This document shows, one piece after another, positions 40,209 to 49,734 of a stretch of 64,000 nt of DNA. The stretch comes from Bdellovibrio sp. Lineage in GTDB: Bacteria; Bdellovibrionota; Bdellovibrionia; Bdellovibrionales; Bdellovibrionaceae. Every line of letters begins with the position of its first letter. Positions within the stretch are counted from its first letter, which is position 1. Location of the stretch: NCBI GenBank assembly GCA_036676395.1, contig JAKFCY010000003.1, positions 96,001-160,000 on the forward strand, written 5' to 3'. The notes beneath the pieces were generated by a model, which did no database searches, was not told where the DNA came from, and saw only the letters and a program-made list of their open reading frames with translations. A program made the position numbers and the translations under genes.

Positions 40209-41813
40209 TTACATCCTGAAGACACCCTGTTGTTTCGGGCCCCAATCCGCATTTAAGCTGGCTGAAATTCCCAGAGCCAATACACGACGAGTGTCTACAG
40301 GATCAATAATGCCATCATCCCACAAACGTGCTGTCGAAAAATAAGCTGAGCTTTCAAAATCATATTTTTCTAAAGTTGGTTTTTTAAAATCTTCTTGTTC
40401 AGTGGCTGTCATGCTTTGGCCTTTAATAGCCAACTGATCAAGTTTTACAGTTAATAAAACATTTGCCGCTTGTTCGCCGCCCATTACGCTGATGCGGGCA
40501 TTAGGCCACATCCACATTTGACGAGGCTGAAATGCACGACCGCACATTCCGTAATTGCCTGCGCCATATGATCCACCGATCACCACTGTGAATTTTGGCA
40601 CTCGTGCATTTGATACAGCCATCACCATTTTAGCGCCATGCTTGGCAATACCTTCTTGTTCATACTTTTTACCAACCATAAAGCCAGTAATATTTTGTAA
40701 GAAGATTAAGGGCACTTCACGCTGTTCGCAAAGCTCAATAAAGTGAGCTGCTTTTTGCGCGCTCTCAGAAAATAAAACTCCGTTATTGGCGATAATCCCA
40801 ACTGGCATTCCCCAGATATGAGCAAAACCAGTCACCAAAGTTTTTCCGTAAAGGGCTTTAAACTCATGAAAATTAGATCCATCCACAATTCGCGCAATGA
40901 CTTCGCGCACGTCAAACGGAATACGCGAATCAGCTGGTAAAATTCCGTAAATCTCATTCGCATCGAATAAAGGTTCTTCGACAGGAATTGTTTTTAAGCT
41001 AATTACTTTTTTATGATTTAAATGTTTTACGATTGAACGGGTAATTTCAATGGCATGCTGATCATCTTCTGCGAAATGATCAGTTACACCTGATAGTTCA
41101 CAGTGAGTGTTTGCACCACCAAGCACTTGCGCATCCACCACTTCGCCAGTAGCTGCTTTTACTAACGGAGGTCCACCTAGAAAAATTGTGCCGTTATCTT
41201 TTACGATCACGTTTTCATCTGACATTGACGGAACGTAAGCTCCGCCTGCGGTACATGATCCCATCACTACTGAAATTTGCGGAATATTACGAGCGCTCAT
41301 TCTGGCTTGGTTATAAAAAATTCTTCCGAAATGATCACGATCTGGAAACACTTCTGATTGCAAAGGCAAAAAGGCGCCGCCGCTATCCACTAAATAAATA
41401 CAAGGTAAGCCATTTTCTAAAGCGACTTCTTGCGCACGTATGTGCTTTTTTACTGTCATTGGAAAATATGTTCCACCTTTTACTGTGGCATCATTAGCAA
41501 CGATAATACATTCAACACCCTGAATAACACCAATTCCCGTGATCACACCCGCTGCTGGCGCTTGGTCTTCGTACATACCGATGGCTGCTAAGGTAGAAAA
41601 TTCTAAAAATGCAGTGCCTTGATCAAGTAAGCCTTCAATACGTTCACGTGCAGTTAATTTACCGCGTGATTTATGTTTTTTTTGGGCTTCTTCGCCGCCA
41701 CCTAATTTAACTTTTGCAACTTTTGCGCGCCAGTTTTCAACTGTCGTCATCATTTGTTTATAATTTTTTTTAAAATCTTCTGATTGAGTTTGTACGCTAG
41801 ATTCTAGAATCAC
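40209..41813 (-). CDS. liuB: Methylcrotonyl-CoA carboxylase beta (carboxyltransferase)
   Basis: [46 protein letters not shown] and C-terminal GVFRM. Confidence 0.95.
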   Translation of the reverse strand: MILESSVQTQSEDFKKNYKQMMTTVENWRAKVAKVKLGGGEEAQKKHKSRGKLTARERIEGLLDQGTAFLEFSTLAAIGMYEDQAPAAGVITGIGVIQGVECIIVANDATVKGGTYFPMTVKKHIRAQEVALENGLPCIYLVDSGGAFLPLQSEVFPDRDHFGRIFYNQARMSARNIPQISVVMGSCTAGGAYVPSMSDENVIVKDNGTIFLGGPPLVKAATGEVVDAQVLGGANTHCELSGVTDHFAEDDQHAIEITRSIVKHLNHKKVISLKTIPVEEPLFDANEIYGILPADSRIPFDVREVIARIVDGSNFHEFKALYGKTLVTGFAHIWGMPVGIIANNGVLFSESAQKAAHFIELCEQREVPLIFLQNITGFMVGKKYEQEGIAKHGAKMVMAVSNARVPKFTVVIGGSYGAGNYGMCGRAFQPRQMWMWPNARISVMGGEQAANVLLTVKLDQLAIKGQSMTATEQEDFKKPTLEKYDFESSAYFSTARLWDDGIIDPVDTRRVLALGISASLNADWGPKQQGVFRM

Positions 41814-41839
41814 AGTTTCCTCGAGTTCGCAAAAATCAC

Positions 41840-42391
41840 TTAAGCCAAAAGCTTAAGTTTAGTAATATTTAATTTAAGTTTTAATGAATCAGATTGGCTT
41901 GAGTTTTTAACCGCAATAAAAACTGTGCCTTCAAAAATCACATGGTCATTTTTTTGTAATGAAAGAATTAATTTATCCATGTCGTTTTCGCTGCAAGTAA
42001 ATTGCAGCATAAGATCTTTATCCCATTTAATATTTTTATTGAGCTCAAGTTGATAGCTTTTGATTTCCCACAGATTTTTTGCCCAATGTTTAGCAATGTA
42101 AGTGCTAATCACTTCTAAACCGGCATTGACCACAAGACCTGCATGAATTTGATTATGAAAATCGCAATTTGTACGCTGGTAAGGGATCTTAGCCGTGATA
42201 CTTTCGTCGCCGGCTTCAGTAATACTAAAGCCTGTGCCCAAAAGTTCAGGGGCTAACCAGTCTAACGCATAGCTTAAAGCGGGCTTCAGCAAGGCAGGTG
42301 TATGCAAATCACTCCAGACTTTAAAGTCTCTGATTTTATCAACGTAGCTCGACTGAATGAGTGGCAATTTTCCGACTAATTTCTTTTTCAT
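41840..42391 (-). CDS. Hotdog-fold (thioesterase-like) protein
   Basis: [10 protein letters not shown] motif and preceding strand pattern typical of hotdog folds. Confidence 0.55.
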   Translation of the reverse strand: MKKKLVGKLPLIQSSYVDKIRDFKVWSDLHTPALLKPALSYALDWLAPELLGTGFSITEAGDESITAKIPYQRTNCDFHNQIHAGLVVNAGLEVISTYIAKHWAKNLWEIKSYQLELNKNIKWDKDLMLQFTCSENDMDKLILSLQKNDHVIFEGTVFIAVKNSSQSDSLKLKLNITKLKLLA

Positions 42392-42456
42392 AGCTTGATT
42401 GCGCAAGCCTAACATGGTGAAGTTTACTTGTACACAACATGATAGGAACTTGATCT

Positions 42457-42933
42457 ATGATTAAAATTTTCAGCTTTGTTTTATTTGTTTCAGCATTTAT
42501 TTGGACTTGGTGCCTTTTTAACTCACCGGCGCAAATGGGAACTGACATCCATGCTGGTATTCAAAGCAAATTAACGATCCTTATTGAAGAGACAATTCAG
42601 GCGAAACGCCCGTCTATGACGAATTTTCGCTTAAACAAAATGTACACAGAGAAAATGGACGACAACAAAGTTAAGGCCCATTTTTCTTACCAATTCGATG
42701 AAAACGAAGCGACGCAAACGATTTCTGGCGATGCTGTTTTAACAAAAGCCTTATCAGAAGATGCCAATGTACAAAAATGGGTTTTACAATCTGTTAAAAC
42801 TGGCAGCGATATCGTTGAGTTCCAAGATGGTTTAACAATTTCTTCTGATGGCACTGATGCTCCTGAAACTCCTGCTGCAGAACCAACAACAGAAACCGCT
42901 CCTGCTGTATCCGCTCCAACTGAAAGTCACTAA
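42457..42933 (+). CDS. Membrane-anchored hypothetical protein
   Basis: N-terminal TM helix; Pro/Thr/Ala/Glu-rich tail. Confidence 0.75.
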   Translation: MIKIFSFVLFVSAFIWTWCLFNSPAQMGTDIHAGIQSKLTILIEETIQAKRPSMTNFRLNKMYTEKMDDNKVKAHFSYQFDENEATQTISGDAVLTKALSEDANVQKWVLQSVKTGSDIVEFQDGLTISSDGTDAPETPAAEPTTETAPAVSAPTESH

Positions 42934-42940
42934 TATCTAA

Positions 42941-43972
42941 ATGAACTATCTTACAATCAATGAACACGGCGAATTGTTTTTAGACAAAAGTGAAAAACCA
43001 GTTCCCGATGGCGAAATCGCACAAACGTTATTACGTAATGTGCGATTAACAAATAATTTCAATTTAGAAACCTCATTCGAAAAAACAAAATATTTAATCG
43101 AAGCTTTTGATCATCCGCTATTTGCCTACAGAGTTCAGGCCCAGGCGGGTAAGGTTTTTATTCAAACTCAACAGCAATTAAGTTTTGAAGCTGATCTGAC
43201 AAAGTTTAGTTTAGATCCTTTCGACCGTATTTGTGGATTAACCACATCAAATGCACCGTTTCGTCTGACTGAAAAAGCGCAATCGCAGCTTTTTGATGAC
43301 TGTGACGAATTCGATGACGAAAGTTTTACTTTAAATGGCCTTCGCATTGAAACTCCGGATTATTATTTTGAAAATGAGAACTTATCTGACTCTGAATTTT
43401 GGACAGATATTTATAATGAAGGTAATCCAGGCTGGGATCTAGGCGAACCCGCAGTGGCCTTTAAAGACATGATCCAAAGAATTAAATTACCCAAAAGCCG
43501 CATCCTAGTTTTAGGTTGTGGTTCTGGCCACGATGCCGCACTTTTTGCTGTGGCAGGACATGTGGTCACTGCAGTAGATTTTTCTGAAGGCGCTATTCAA
43601 AAAGCTAAGTCTTTGTATGGTCATTTAGAGAATATTACTTTTGTTCAGCAAGATATTTTTACATTGCCTCACGAATGGAATGAAACTTTTGATGTGATCG
43701 TCGAGCACACTTGTTTTTGCGCAATCGAACCCGATAGGCGCAAAGAAATGGTCAAACTATGGCGCCGACTGCTTCACGAAGAAGGCCAGTTGATGGGTGT
43801 CTTCTTTGCGATGCTTAAACGCGCTGGTCCACCATACGGCAGCAGCGAGTGGGAAATCCGCGAGCTTTTAAAAAATAGTTTTCACTTTTTATTTTGGGGA
43901 CGCTGGAGAGAATCTATTCCGCGCCGAGAAGGTCGTGAACTTTTTGTCTTAGCTAAGAAGAAAAAAGCTTAG
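42941..43972 (+). CDS. TPMT/thiol S-methyltransferase-like protein with N-terminal extension
   Basis: FW..IY...PGWDLG, LVLGCGSGHDA, EHTCFCAI and GPPYG. Confidence 0.85.
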   Translation: MNYLTINEHGELFLDKSEKPVPDGEIAQTLLRNVRLTNNFNLETSFEKTKYLIEAFDHPLFAYRVQAQAGKVFIQTQQQLSFEADLTKFSLDPFDRICGLTTSNAPFRLTEKAQSQLFDDCDEFDDESFTLNGLRIETPDYYFENENLSDSEFWTDIYNEGNPGWDLGEPAVAFKDMIQRIKLPKSRILVLGCGSGHDAALFAVAGHVVTAVDFSEGAIQKAKSLYGHLENITFVQQDIFTLPHEWNETFDVIVEHTCFCAIEPDRRKEMVKLWRRLLHEEGQLMGVFFAMLKRAGPPYGSSEWEIRELLKNSFHFLFWGRWRESIPRREGRELFVLAKKKKA

Positions 43973-43993
43973 GGCCAGTGATTAGCTGGCCCC
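43971..43993. terminator. Hairpin between convergent genes
   Basis: GGGCCAG-tgattag-CTGGCCC; no strong U tract. Confidence 0.5.
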
Positions 43994-44000
43994 TGTAAAA

Positions 44001-44687
44001 TTACTTCACATTAGCAATGGCTTGAATAGCGCAATTTTCATGTAGAAAATTGGTATTACCCATGCCCGTAACTATCGAAGAATAACAACGTAACTGAATG
44101 TTTTGTAATTTCAGCTCAACTTCATATAGAAGATTACTTACATTTACTTGCGGATTAGTAAGACCTATCGGTTTATGGATTATATATTTTAAACCTGGAA
44201 CTTTATGTTTATTTTCCATCAAGATATTTAAAATGCGGGCTTCGTAGCTGGCTTTGCTGCCATCTAACTGTTTCGTGCTGTTTGTAAGTAAAATCTGATT
44301 TTCTGCCAAGCCTTTTACTGAAGTATTAAATGACTTTGTATAATAGTCTTCGCCATCTTTATTAGAAAAAGCATCGCCTTTAAAAACTAATGTACAGGTC
44401 TCATCAGAGTCAGAACACTTTAAAGAACGAATGTCGCTGTTATCATTTTGTTCGGCATTTTTTGCCAAAACTGTATCCATAGTTTCATCATATCCAGCAA
44501 GTAATTTTCTTAGGGTTTTGGCATCTTCGCCTGCGATCAGAAGGGTTCTTGGTTCATTCGAATATTGAGCCGCTTCACTTTTTGCGATCGTAATAAAGTT
44601 TTTTAGCGAACCTGACCCTATATCACCGGTAGCAGCAAATGTGTTAACTGCAGTTATTAACGAAAGGGCAAATATTGTTTTTTTCAT
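44001..44687 (-). CDS. Exported hypothetical protein
   Basis: Signal peptide MKKTIFALSLITAVNTFA; RBS AGGAG; four Cys; start at ATG 44687. Confidence 0.78.
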   Translation of the reverse strand: MKKTIFALSLITAVNTFAATGDIGSGSLKNFITIAKSEAAQYSNEPRTLLIAGEDAKTLRKLLAGYDETMDTVLAKNAEQNDNSDIRSLKCSDSDETCTLVFKGDAFSNKDGEDYYTKSFNTSVKGLAENQILLTNSTKQLDGSKASYEARILNILMENKHKVPGLKYIIHKPIGLTNPQVNVSNLLYEVELKLQNIQLRCYSSIVTGMGNTNFLHENCAIQAIANVK

Positions 44688-44722
44688 ATGAAGTCTCCTG
44701 ATATTGATGAATTGAAGCATTT

Positions 44723-44737
44723 GCAAGGGCAACACCA
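44723..44737 (-). promoter_or_regulatory. sigma54-type -24/-12 promoter
   Basis: TGGTGTTGCCCTTGC upstream of the 44687 gene. Confidence 0.6.
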
Positions 44738-44820
44738 GCCCTAACGCAAATAATGCGATCTCAGGCAGTGGCCCTGACCAGACAATTTACAACTCATGCT
44801 TTTTGCGGCTGTGCTTAAAC

Positions 44821-44844
44821 AGGGTGTGCAGCTTTGCACACCCT
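44821..44844. promoter_or_regulatory. Perfect palindrome, candidate operator
   Basis: AGGGTGTGCA-GCTT-TGCACACCCT (10-bp arms) in a divergent intergenic region. Confidence 0.55.
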
Positions 44845-44887
44845 TTATCGCCTTTACGGCAAAGTTATTTTCTGCTCCAATTTCTTT

Positions 44888-45751
44888 ATGGATAAAAAAC
44901 CCAATATTAAAAACTACCTTTACGTGAATGATTTTTTGAAAGATCTTTATCTGTTTCAAAAACAAAAAGATCCTAAGTTTTCATACGAGCTTTGGGCTAA
45001 GCAATTGGGCTTAAACAACAAATCATTTTTACGTCAAATCATTATGGGCCGCAGAGCTTTAACTGATTCAACTCTTAAAATTTTCAGTGATAATTTAGAA
45101 TTCGATCATTCTGAAAAAGAATATTTTCAGCTCATGGTTTTATATTCAAAGGCCAAATCTGCCGAACAAAGAAATCTTTATGGCCGCGAAATGCGCCGCT
45201 TTATCAAAGCCGATTATTCTCAAGAAGAAATTTTAAATGCGCAGAATTTCATACTTAAACCGCTGTATCCCCGCTTACAAACTTTACTGGGATTTACAGA
45301 TGTTGAAAAAAACGTTGATGCCTTATCAAGTCTGCTTAAGTTACCAACACAGGAAATCCAAGCTGCACTGGCCATTCTAGAGCAGTTAAATTTAGCCGAA
45401 CCGGTACAAACTTTAGATAAAATTCAGTGGCAAGCCAAAACAAAGGCCTTTAAAGTTCCCTCAGATCTGGGTAACGAATCGCTGTTAGATTATCACGAAC
45501 AAAGCCTTAAAGAAGCCATCAAGGCCCGCAGCCTTGATAAAAACTCGCGACGCTATCGCAGCTTACTTATGGCACTCTCAGAAAAAGATTTTGAAGATTT
45601 TTTGGCCGACTTAGAAATTTTCGTTAAACAAACCCTCAGCAAGTATGATTCTGATGAGTTTTTGCAGAGAAAACTTTTTCAGTTTAATTTTAATATTCAT
45701 GCTGTGTCAGGTAGCTTAAAAAAAGATGCTGAAGTTACAATCTCAATTTAA
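44888..45751 (+). CDS. TIGR02147 / DUF4423 family protein
   Basis: FLKDLY..QK..DPKFSY..WAKQLG..KSFL..I..GRR.LT, EKEYF, YH...L.EA and C-terminal LFQFNF; start at ATG 44888. Confidence 0.85.
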   Translation: MDKKPNIKNYLYVNDFLKDLYLFQKQKDPKFSYELWAKQLGLNNKSFLRQIIMGRRALTDSTLKIFSDNLEFDHSEKEYFQLMVLYSKAKSAEQRNLYGREMRRFIKADYSQEEILNAQNFILKPLYPRLQTLLGFTDVEKNVDALSSLLKLPTQEIQAALAILEQLNLAEPVQTLDKIQWQAKTKAFKVPSDLGNESLLDYHEQSLKEAIKARSLDKNSRRYRSLLMALSEKDFEDFLADLEIFVKQTLSKYDSDEFLQRKLFQFNFNIHAVSGSLKKDAEVTISI

Positions 45752-45790
45752 GCGCCAGGGCATGTAGCCCTGCCACAAAAAAGGTGGGTC

Positions 45791-46198
45791 GGTTTCGCGA
45801 TAAGCCGGGTTCTGTTCCCTGTGCTGACTCCCACATTGTCCACACAGTTCGATAATCATTCCTCTAGGCCCAACATTACTGGTGGGCTCGAGCGATCGTA
45901 CCCGGAATCTTCAGGCGAGCAGCCCTTATTCTCTGTTCGGAAACATTGCTGTCTCCGCCAAGAACCTCTTATTGCTAAGAGGGATTCCCTATTTGATCTT
46001 GCTTCGCGCACGAGTTTAGCTGTTTTCACTCCAGCGGCTCCCCTTAATTCTCCCGTTCCCGAAAAAAGGATCACTGCCCTGGACATTCTCTCTGTTCCAC
46101 TGTTCCTCACCTTGCGATGGAGGGGCGTTACCCCAGGCGCTGCTCTGCGAAGCCCGGACTTTCCTCGTACGTTGCCGCACGCGATTATCTACGAAACC
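45791..46198 (-). ncRNA. rnpB: RNase P RNA
   Basis: Minus strand contains GAGGAAAGUCCGGGC, GCAAGAUCAAAUAGG, CUAGAGGAAUGAUUAUC and ACAGAACCCGGCUUAU; P1 ends GGUUUCG/CGAAACC. Confidence 0.95.
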
Positions 46199-46327
46199 TT
46201 GCTGAGATTTTTAGCACCGAGCGCCGCCCAAATACAAGCGATATTCGCGAAATTCTTGCCCCGCTCACGACCTTGCATTAGATTAAATCATTCTAGTTTG
46301 TTTACAGTTATTTTCGAGGAGATTTTT

Positions 46328-46909
46328 ATGAAAATTTTAGTGGCCATTGCGGCATTTTTATTAGTTTTAGGTTTTAACTTAAAGTCAGTTGCTGAAGAAG
46401 AGCATGCGGCTCCGGCTGACACAGTTTCTTGTTCAAAAGAAGACGCTGGCAAAGATTGCGCTGAAGGCGATCATGGCAAAGCCGGTCACGATGCTCATGG
46501 CGCAAAACCTGGTTACGGCGCCAACTATGACTGGAGCCATAAGCGCCAAGAACAAGTGGCTGCGATTTTTCCTGCAAAACAAAAAAAAGATGGCGCAAGC
46601 AATGTTCCTGCAAAAGTAAAATTATCTTCACCTAAATTTTTAGAAAAAGTTTCTGGCGATGCAGTTACGTTAGCTTGGAACGCTTCTGAAGGTGCAACAA
46701 CTTACCACGTTCAGGTTTCAAAAGATGCTGGCTTCAACAATCGCTCAATGTATGTTGTTGAAGATAAAAAATTAGCGGCAACTTCTTTAGAAGTTAAAGG
46801 TTTAGAAACTGGTGTTAAATATTTCTGGCGTGTAGCTGCTGTTAACGGCGAGCTAGAATCTACTTTCACTAAATCAGGTTTTGCTTTTTCTGAATTTGAA
46901 GTGAAGTAA
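46328..46909 (+). CDS. Exported fibronectin type III domain protein with His-rich N-region
   Basis: RBS GAGGAG; signal peptide; VTLAWNAS.GATTYHVQVS...GLETGVKYFWRVAAVN. Confidence 0.85.
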   Translation: MKILVAIAAFLLVLGFNLKSVAEEEHAAPADTVSCSKEDAGKDCAEGDHGKAGHDAHGAKPGYGANYDWSHKRQEQVAAIFPAKQKKDGASNVPAKVKLSSPKFLEKVSGDAVTLAWNASEGATTYHVQVSKDAGFNNRSMYVVEDKKLAATSLEVKGLETGVKYFWRVAAVNGELESTFTKSGFAFSEFEVK

Positions 46910-46911
46910 GC

Positions 46912-47562
46912 ATGTCTGCAGTTGATAACGAAATTATTCATAAACAATTAAATTGGCGCTATGCTTGTAAAAAGTTTGATCCAACAAAAATCATTCGCGA
47001 GCAAGACTGGAATATTCTAACTGAATCTTTGCGTTTATCAGCTTCGTCGTACGGTTTACAACCCTGGAAATTCATCGTTGTGCAAACTCCAGAAATTCGT
47101 AAACAGTTACAAGCTCAATCGTACGGCCAAACTCCGGTCACTGAAGCTTCTCACTTTGTCGTGTTAACTTATAAAGAAACATTAGATGAAGCTCATATCG
47201 ATCTTCATGTTGCAGAGGCTGCAAAAGCACGCGGCGTTGAGCCAGCTTCTTTAGAAAAGTATAGAAATTTAATGGTGAGTGATTTAATCAAAGGCCCACG
47301 TTTCGAAACAATTAAATGGTGGGCTCAACGTCAGGTTTATATCGCGATGGGATCAATCCTGACAACAGCGGCCATGATGGAAATCGACACTCTTCCAATG
47401 GAAGGCTTAAATGCAGCTGGTTACGATAAAATTCTAGGGCTTGAAGGCTCTGGCTGGAAAACTTTAGCGGCAGTAGCTTGTGGTTATAGAGCTGAAGATG
47501 ATAAATACCAACATTCTAAAAAAGTTCGCTTTCCGGCGGCGGATGTTATTACTTACAAATAA
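46912..47562 (+). CDS. NAD(P)H-dependent nitroreductase (NfsB-like)
   Basis: WRYACKKFD, SASSYGLQPW, PMEG and KVRF. Confidence 0.93.
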   Translation: MSAVDNEIIHKQLNWRYACKKFDPTKIIREQDWNILTESLRLSASSYGLQPWKFIVVQTPEIRKQLQAQSYGQTPVTEASHFVVLTYKETLDEAHIDLHVAEAAKARGVEPASLEKYRNLMVSDLIKGPRFETIKWWAQRQVYIAMGSILTTAAMMEIDTLPMEGLNAAGYDKILGLEGSGWKTLAAVACGYRAEDDKYQHSKKVRFPAADVITYK

Positions 47563-47601
47563 AGCCGTTGTTTTAAAATATTAATTACTTAGAATAAAGC
47601 T

Positions 47602-49734
47602 ATGAAAAACATCATAGCTTTATTTTTTTGTGCTCTAACTATTTCATCATGCTCGCTTAAATCAAATGCCCCGAACGATCCATTATCTAAAAACTTAGAT
47701 TATCTTGAAGAAATTGATTCAGCACCAGTACGCCGTTTTGTTGAAATCGAAAATGTTTTATCAGTCGCCCGTTTGAAAACTGATCCTTTGTTTCCAGCGA
47801 TTGAAAAAGAAATACTAGATGTAATTACGGCAAAAGATAAATTACCGGCGATCTTTTTTCATGACGGCCAATTATATCAATACTGGCAAGATCAAGTACA
47901 TGTACGCGGTGTTCTTAAAAGAACTTCAGTGGCTGACTTTAATGCCCACAAAAACAACTGGGAAGTCGTTTTTGATTTAGATGCGATAGCCAAAGCTGAA
48001 AACAAAAACTGGGTTTGGAAAAGTTTCACTTGTTATAAAAAGAATGAAAAAACCTGCTTGGTTTTTTTGTCTAACGGCGGAAAAGACGCCATCACTGCCC
48101 GCGAGTTCAATCTAGGAACAAAAGAATTTGTTAAAGATGGTTTTTCGTTTCCTGAATCAAAAAGTCAATTCGAATGGTACGATGAAAACACCCTGCTTTG
48201 GACAGACGCCACTAATCCAGAATTATTAACAACCTCTGGCTATCCGCAAACGTTAAAATTTATTAAACGCGGGCAAAAGCTAGATGAAGCAAAACTTATT
48301 ACGGATGTACCTAAAAATTACGTAAGCATTGATAGCTGGGCTGTACTAGATCAAGGTAAACTTCATTTCATAATTTATAAATCGATTTCGTTTTACGAAT
48401 ACGAAGTGTTTTACTTAGCTGATTTAAATACACAAAAATTAGTTAAAGTTCCGGTGCCAAAAGATGCAGAAGTCAGAACGATTTATAAAGACCAATTATT
48501 GTTTTCGATTAAGTCAGATTATAACATCGGCACAAAAACAGTTCCACCAGGAACACTCTTATCATTTCCACTTTTTTCATTGCAGAATATGCAAAATCCA
48601 GAAGTGGTCTTATTGCCGACACCGACTCAGGTTCTGCAAGCTGTTGTTCGCGGTAAAAATCAACTTTGGTTAGGCACATTAGATGATGTCAAAAAAACTT
48701 TAGTTCCTATCGACCGCGTTGATCATCGCTGGGTGCTAGAAAAATTTAAGCATGGCTTAAATAATCATAATAAAGGTAACTGGTCTGTATTAGCTCTTGA
48801 GCAGGAATCGAATAAAACTTTTTTTAGCTACACTGATTTTTTAACTCCTGCCCAGGTTTATTTTTCTGAAAACGGCCAACTACCTAACCTAAAACTAAAA
48901 TTAATTCAGACTGCGCCTGAACGTTTTAATTCGAAAAATTTTACGTCTCAGCAGTTTAAAACTAAAAGTAAAGATGGAACATTAATTCCCTATTTCGTGG
49001 TGCATGCGAAAAATCTTAAATTCAACGGTAAAAACCCGACTCTACAATATGGCTATGGAGGTTTTGAAGCCGCTATGACGCCGTACTATTTAGGTGTTGC
49101 CGGTAAAGTTTGGTTATCACGTGGTAATGTTTATGTATTAGCTAATATTCGCGGTGGCGGCGAATACGGGCCAGCTTGGCATAAAGCAGCTCAAGGTGTA
49201 AATCGCCAAAAAGCCTTCGATGATTTTATCGCTGTTAGCGAAGATTTGATTAAACGTAAAATCACATCACCAGAGCACTTAGGCATTATGGGTGGATCCA
49301 ATGGTGGCTTACTCACAAGTGTGATGTTAACGCAAAGACCTGATTTATATGGCGCCGTGGTTAGCGAAGTGCCTCTGACAAATATGATTCGTTATAACAA
49401 ATTATTAGCCGGAGCCAGCTGGCAGGCTGAATACGGTAACCCTGATGTTCCTGCCGATCGTGAGATGTTAATGAAATATTCTCCGCTTCATAACATAAAA
49501 CCAAACATGAAATATCCAGAAGCTTTCTACATCACCAGCACCAAAGATGATCGCGTTCACCCAGGCCATGCCAGACAAATGGTGACGCGTTTAAAACAAT
49601 TAGGTTATCCAGTGATGTATTTCGAAAATACTGATGGTGGCCACGGCAGAGCCGCAAACTTAAAAGAGTATGCAACTATGCTTGGAATGGAATACACGTA
49701 TTTATTCCAAAAATTAACTCCAGACAAAAAGTAA
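47602..49734 (+). CDS. Prolyl oligopeptidase (S9A) lipoprotein
   Basis: Lipobox ISSC; GYGGF, NIRGGGEYG, GGSNGGL, DDRVHP and GGHG catalytic motifs. Confidence 0.95.
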   Translation: MKNIIALFFCALTISSCSLKSNAPNDPLSKNLDYLEEIDSAPVRRFVEIENVLSVARLKTDPLFPAIEKEILDVITAKDKLPAIFFHDGQLYQYWQDQVHVRGVLKRTSVADFNAHKNNWEVVFDLDAIAKAENKNWVWKSFTCYKKNEKTCLVFLSNGGKDAITAREFNLGTKEFVKDGFSFPESKSQFEWYDENTLLWTDATNPELLTTSGYPQTLKFIKRGQKLDEAKLITDVPKNYVSIDSWAVLDQGKLHFIIYKSISFYEYEVFYLADLNTQKLVKVPVPKDAEVRTIYKDQLLFSIKSDYNIGTKTVPPGTLLSFPLFSLQNMQNPEVVLLPTPTQVLQAVVRGKNQLWLGTLDDVKKTLVPIDRVDHRWVLEKFKHGLNNHNKGNWSVLALEQESNKTFFSYTDFLTPAQVYFSENGQLPNLKLKLIQTAPERFNSKNFTSQQFKTKSKDGTLIPYFVVHAKNLKFNGKNPTLQYGYGGFEAAMTPYYLGVAGKVWLSRGNVYVLANIRGGGEYGPAWHKAAQGVNRQKAFDDFIAVSEDLIKRKITSPEHLGIMGGSNGGLLTSVMLTQRPDLYGAVVSEVPLTNMIRYNKLLAGASWQAEYGNPDVPADREMLMKYSPLHNIKPNMKYPEAFYITSTKDDRVHPGHARQMVTRLKQLGYPVMYFENTDGGHGRAANLKEYATMLGMEYTYLFQKLTPDKK

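Noticed and set aside
45821..46327. N-terminal 169 aa of the 362-aa ORF 45821..46909, and ORF 45856..46110
   Set aside because: They overlap rnpB. The real gene starts at ATG 46328 with an RBS and signal peptide.
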